Positions 15,886 through 18,105 of a stretch of 18,105 nucleotides of DNA are shown one piece after another. The stretch lies in contig JBEKCB010000052.1 of assembly GCA_050015075.1 (NCBI GenBank), forward strand, positions 1 through 18,105. Reading direction: 5' to 3'. The position numbers were made by a program, and so were the translations under genes. This DNA comes from Candidatus Brocadiia bacterium. Its GTDB lineage: Bacteria; Planctomycetota; Brocadiia; CAIUPP01. Numbering within the stretch: the stretch's first letter is position 1; every line of letters begins with the position of its first letter. A model generated the notes under the pieces. The model was given only the letters and a program-made list of their open reading frames with translations. It did no database searches and was not told the DNA's origin.

Positions 15886-17211
15886 TCAGGCGTTTCTCTT
15901 GTCAATGACCCGCCGGGCTTTGCCCTCGCTGCGCTGGAGAGCGTGCGGTTCGGCCAGGTGCACTTTCACGCGGATGCCGAGCGTGTTCGCGATGGCATGG
16001 CCCAGTTTGGACTTGAGGTCCTCGAGCGTCCCGATGCGATCGTTGAAAACCTCGGGCGTGACTTCGACCTGCACCTCGATCTCGTCGAGGCCCTTATCGC
16101 GCGTCAGGATGATCTGGTAGTGCGGCAGCGTGCCCTCGACCGCGAGCAGGGCGGCTTCGATCTGCGACGGGAAGACGTTGACGCCGCGGATGATGAGCAT
16201 GTCGTCGGTGCGGCGGCCGATGCGGTGCATGCGGCGGATCGTGCGGCCGCACGCACACGGCTCCGTGATGAACGACGTGATGTCGTGCGTCCGGTAGCGG
16301 ATCATCGGCATGGCGCGCTTGCTCAGCGTGGTAAACACCAGCTCGCCCTCGGCGCCGTCGGGCAGCGGCGCGCCGGTCTTCGGGTCCACGATCTCCGGGT
16401 AGAAGTGGTCCTCGAAAATGTGCAGCCCGGACTGCTGCGTGCATTCGGCCGCCACGCCCGGGCCGATGATCTCGGACAGTCCGTAGAGGTCGTGCGCTTT
16501 GAGGCGGGTGCGCGACTCGATGTGCCGCCGCATCGGCTCGGTCCACGGCTCCGACCCGAAAATCCCCGTGCGCAGCGGAAGTTTCTTCATGTCCACGCCG
16601 ATCTCGGCCGCCCGCTCGAGCAGGTGGATGAAGTAGCTCGGCGTGCTGATGAGCGCCGTGACGCCGAAATCCTTCATGATCATGATCTGCCGGTCGGTGT
16701 TGCCGGCGGAGGCGGGGACGACCGTGACGCCGAGCGCCTCCGCGCCGTAATGCGCGCCGAGCCCGCCGGTGAACAGACCGTATCCGTGCGTGTTCTGGAA
16801 GACATCGCCGGGGCGCATCCCGCACGCGACGAAGCTGCGGAGCACGACGCTGGACCACACCTCGACGTCCTCGCGCGTGTAGCCGACCACGATCGGCTTG
16901 CCCGTCGTCCCGCTGGAGGCGTGCAGGCGGACGACCTCGCGCAGCGGACTGGCGAACAGGCCGAACGGGTACGTGTCGCGCAGGTCCGCCTTCTCGGTGA
17001 ACGGCAGGCGGAGGACATCGTCGAGGGACTTCAGGTCGTCCGGCTTGACGCCGCGCTCGTCCATCCGCTTGCGATACGGGGCGACGCAGTCATACGCGCG
17101 CCGGAGGATGCTCTGGAACCGGCTCAGTTGCAGGTCGCGCAGTTGCGGCCGCGGGAGATAATCCAGCGCGCTCGCCGGGTGGAAGCCGCCGTCGCAGGCG
17201 TCGTCCGTCAT
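15886..17211 (-). CDS. paaK: Phenylacetate (aryl acid)-CoA ligase
   Basis: Canonical motifs [82 protein letters not shown]. Confidence 0.93.
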   Translation of the reverse strand: MTDDACDGGFHPASALDYLPRPQLRDLQLSRFQSILRRAYDCVAPYRKRMDERGVKPDDLKSLDDVLRLPFTEKADLRDTYPFGLFASPLREVVRLHASSGTTGKPIVVGYTREDVEVWSSVVLRSFVACGMRPGDVFQNTHGYGLFTGGLGAHYGAEALGVTVVPASAGNTDRQIMIMKDFGVTALISTPSYFIHLLERAAEIGVDMKKLPLRTGIFGSEPWTEPMRRHIESRTRLKAHDLYGLSEIIGPGVAAECTQQSGLHIFEDHFYPEIVDPKTGAPLPDGAEGELVFTTLSKRAMPMIRYRTHDITSFITEPCACGRTIRRMHRIGRRTDDMLIIRGVNVFPSQIEAALLAVEGTLPHYQIILTRDKGLDEIEVQVEVTPEVFNDRIGTLEDLKSKLGHAIANTLGIRVKVHLAEPHALQRSEGKARRVIDKRNA

Positions 17212-17242
17212 CGCGCTTTCCTTGTCAAGGCTGCCGCGACTG

Positions 17243-17433
17243 CGCCGCAGCCTGGGAAATAACGTATAGAAGTCCAGCTCGCGTCATGCTGAGCGCAGCC
17301 CTTCGGCCGTGAGCTCAGGGCCGAACGGCGAAGCATCTCACACCATACACCGTTGCCAGAGTGCAGCGTGTGAGATTCTTCGCTGCGCTCAGAATGACCG
17401 CGCGTTACTTAAGTTCTTTCCGGGACGCCGCAC
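17243..17433 (+). mobile_element. Composite MITE-like repeat copy D (full palindromic core with an inserted hairpin), overlapping the iorB 3' end
   Basis: Core 17283-17398 reads GTCATGCTGAGCGCAGC[insert]GAAGCATCTC … GAGATTCTTCGCTGCGCTCAGAATGAC. Its loop is homologous to copy A, its right flank to copy C (15377-15411), and its left flank to copies C and E. Confidence 0.8.
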
Positions 17434-17914
17434 TGGCCGCGGCCCGGCCGGTTTGGAACGCCTGCACGTTCATCTCGCGCAGTTTCTCCGGCAGGTTCGC
17501 GCGGATCGCCTCCAGCCAGTCCGGCTCGGGAAGGTCCAGGAACGCGCTCAGCGCGCCGACCAGGGCTACGTTCAAGCTGCGCCGGTTGGCCAGGCGGCCC
17601 TCGTCTATCCATTCCGGCGGGATCAGCCGGCCGCCCGGGCGCAGGGAATGCCGGTTCGGCTCGATCTGGTCGCCGGCGAGGACAACGAGAAAATCCGCCT
17701 CGCCGAGCGGGATCATCGGGCTGAACACCTGCGCGCCGAAACGCACCTCGCTCGTCACCGACCCGCCGCGCTGGCTCATGCCGTGAAGCTCGCTCTTCTT
17801 CACGTCGCGTCCGGCGCGGAACGCCGCGTCGGCGAGAATGTCCGACGCCGTGAGGACGCCCTGTCCGCCGAGCCCGGCGATCACGACGTTGATGATTTTT
17901 CCCGGGTCGGCCAT
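17405..17914 (-). CDS. iorB: Indolepyruvate:ferredoxin oxidoreductase beta subunit (short form)
   Basis: AGLGGQGVL, DVKKSELHGMSQRGGSV.SEVRFG..V.SP.I..GEAD, N..LVGALS, N..AF..G. RBS GAAAGG; adjacent to paaK. Confidence 0.9.
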   Translation of the reverse strand: MADPGKIINVVIAGLGGQGVLTASDILADAAFRAGRDVKKSELHGMSQRGGSVTSEVRFGAQVFSPMIPLGEADFLVVLAGDQIEPNRHSLRPGGRLIPPEWIDEGRLANRRSLNVALVGALSAFLDLPEPDWLEAIRANLPEKLREMNVQAFQTGRAAASAASRKELK

Positions 17915-17943
17915 CGTCCGCCTTTCACGACCTTGACCTGTTT

Positions 17944-17991
17944 TGGCGTCCGGAAGATAACTTACATAAGTTCAGCCTGCGTCATGCTGCT
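17944..17991 (+). repeat. Truncated repeat copy E (left terminus only)
   Basis: TGGCGTCCGGAAGATAACTTACATAAGTTCAGCCTGCGTCATGCTGCT matches the termini of copies B, C and D, then similarity stops abruptly. Confidence 0.7.
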
Positions 17992-18105
17992 ATGAGGCCA
18001 TTCCTCAAGTGAGACGTTCGGAGAACCTGTGAAATCGAGTTCCGGCTGCTATTCGTGCTCTAAGGCACCCGTTCTGGTATCCGACGTATTCGCATCGGAG
18101 CGCCG

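Noticed and set aside
9242-17211. Aerobic phenylacetate catabolism or coenzyme F390 synthetase assignment
   Set aside because: No paaABCDE/paaZ genes and no methanogen context. Linkage to iorB and ACT points to anaerobic aryl-acid metabolism.
9329-17262. Long plus-strand ORFs (9329-11317, 11497-13905, 13122-15200, 15943-17262)
   Set aside because: Antisense shadows of well-supported minus-strand genes, with no recognisable domains.
95-17991. Repeats as a CRISPR array
   Set aside because: Copies are dispersed kilobases apart with no regular repeat-spacer pattern, and there are no cas genes.

Overview
GC-rich bacterial chromosomal DNA. The gene families suggest an anaerobic PVC-like or related candidate-phylum organism (inference only). 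From left to right: (1) a possible IS end and a 152-bp MITE-like element; (2) a DUF6785/DUF6784-type large membrane protein; (3) a membrane-anchored beta-repeat protein; (4) a membrane protein plus winged-helix regulator cassette behind a perfect sigma70 promoter with a palindromic operator; (5) a perfect parS-type palindrome; (6) an FAD-dependent oxidoreductase, an alpha/beta hydrolase, a DUF362 Fe-S protein and a small triple-CxxC lipoprotein; (7) a minus-strand cluster iorB - paaK - ACT - livKHMGF - paaK-like, probably for aryl-acid uptake, activation and reductive carboxylation. Three signals stand out. The first is a five-copy family of nested, modular repeats (IS-like ends, a GTCA...TGAC palindromic core, a GTAG REP doublet and extra mini-hairpins), two copies of which supply stop codons to neighbouring genes. 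The second is the parS site. The third is a second PaaK paralog with degenerate catalytic motifs. All alignments were done by eye and no database searches were run.
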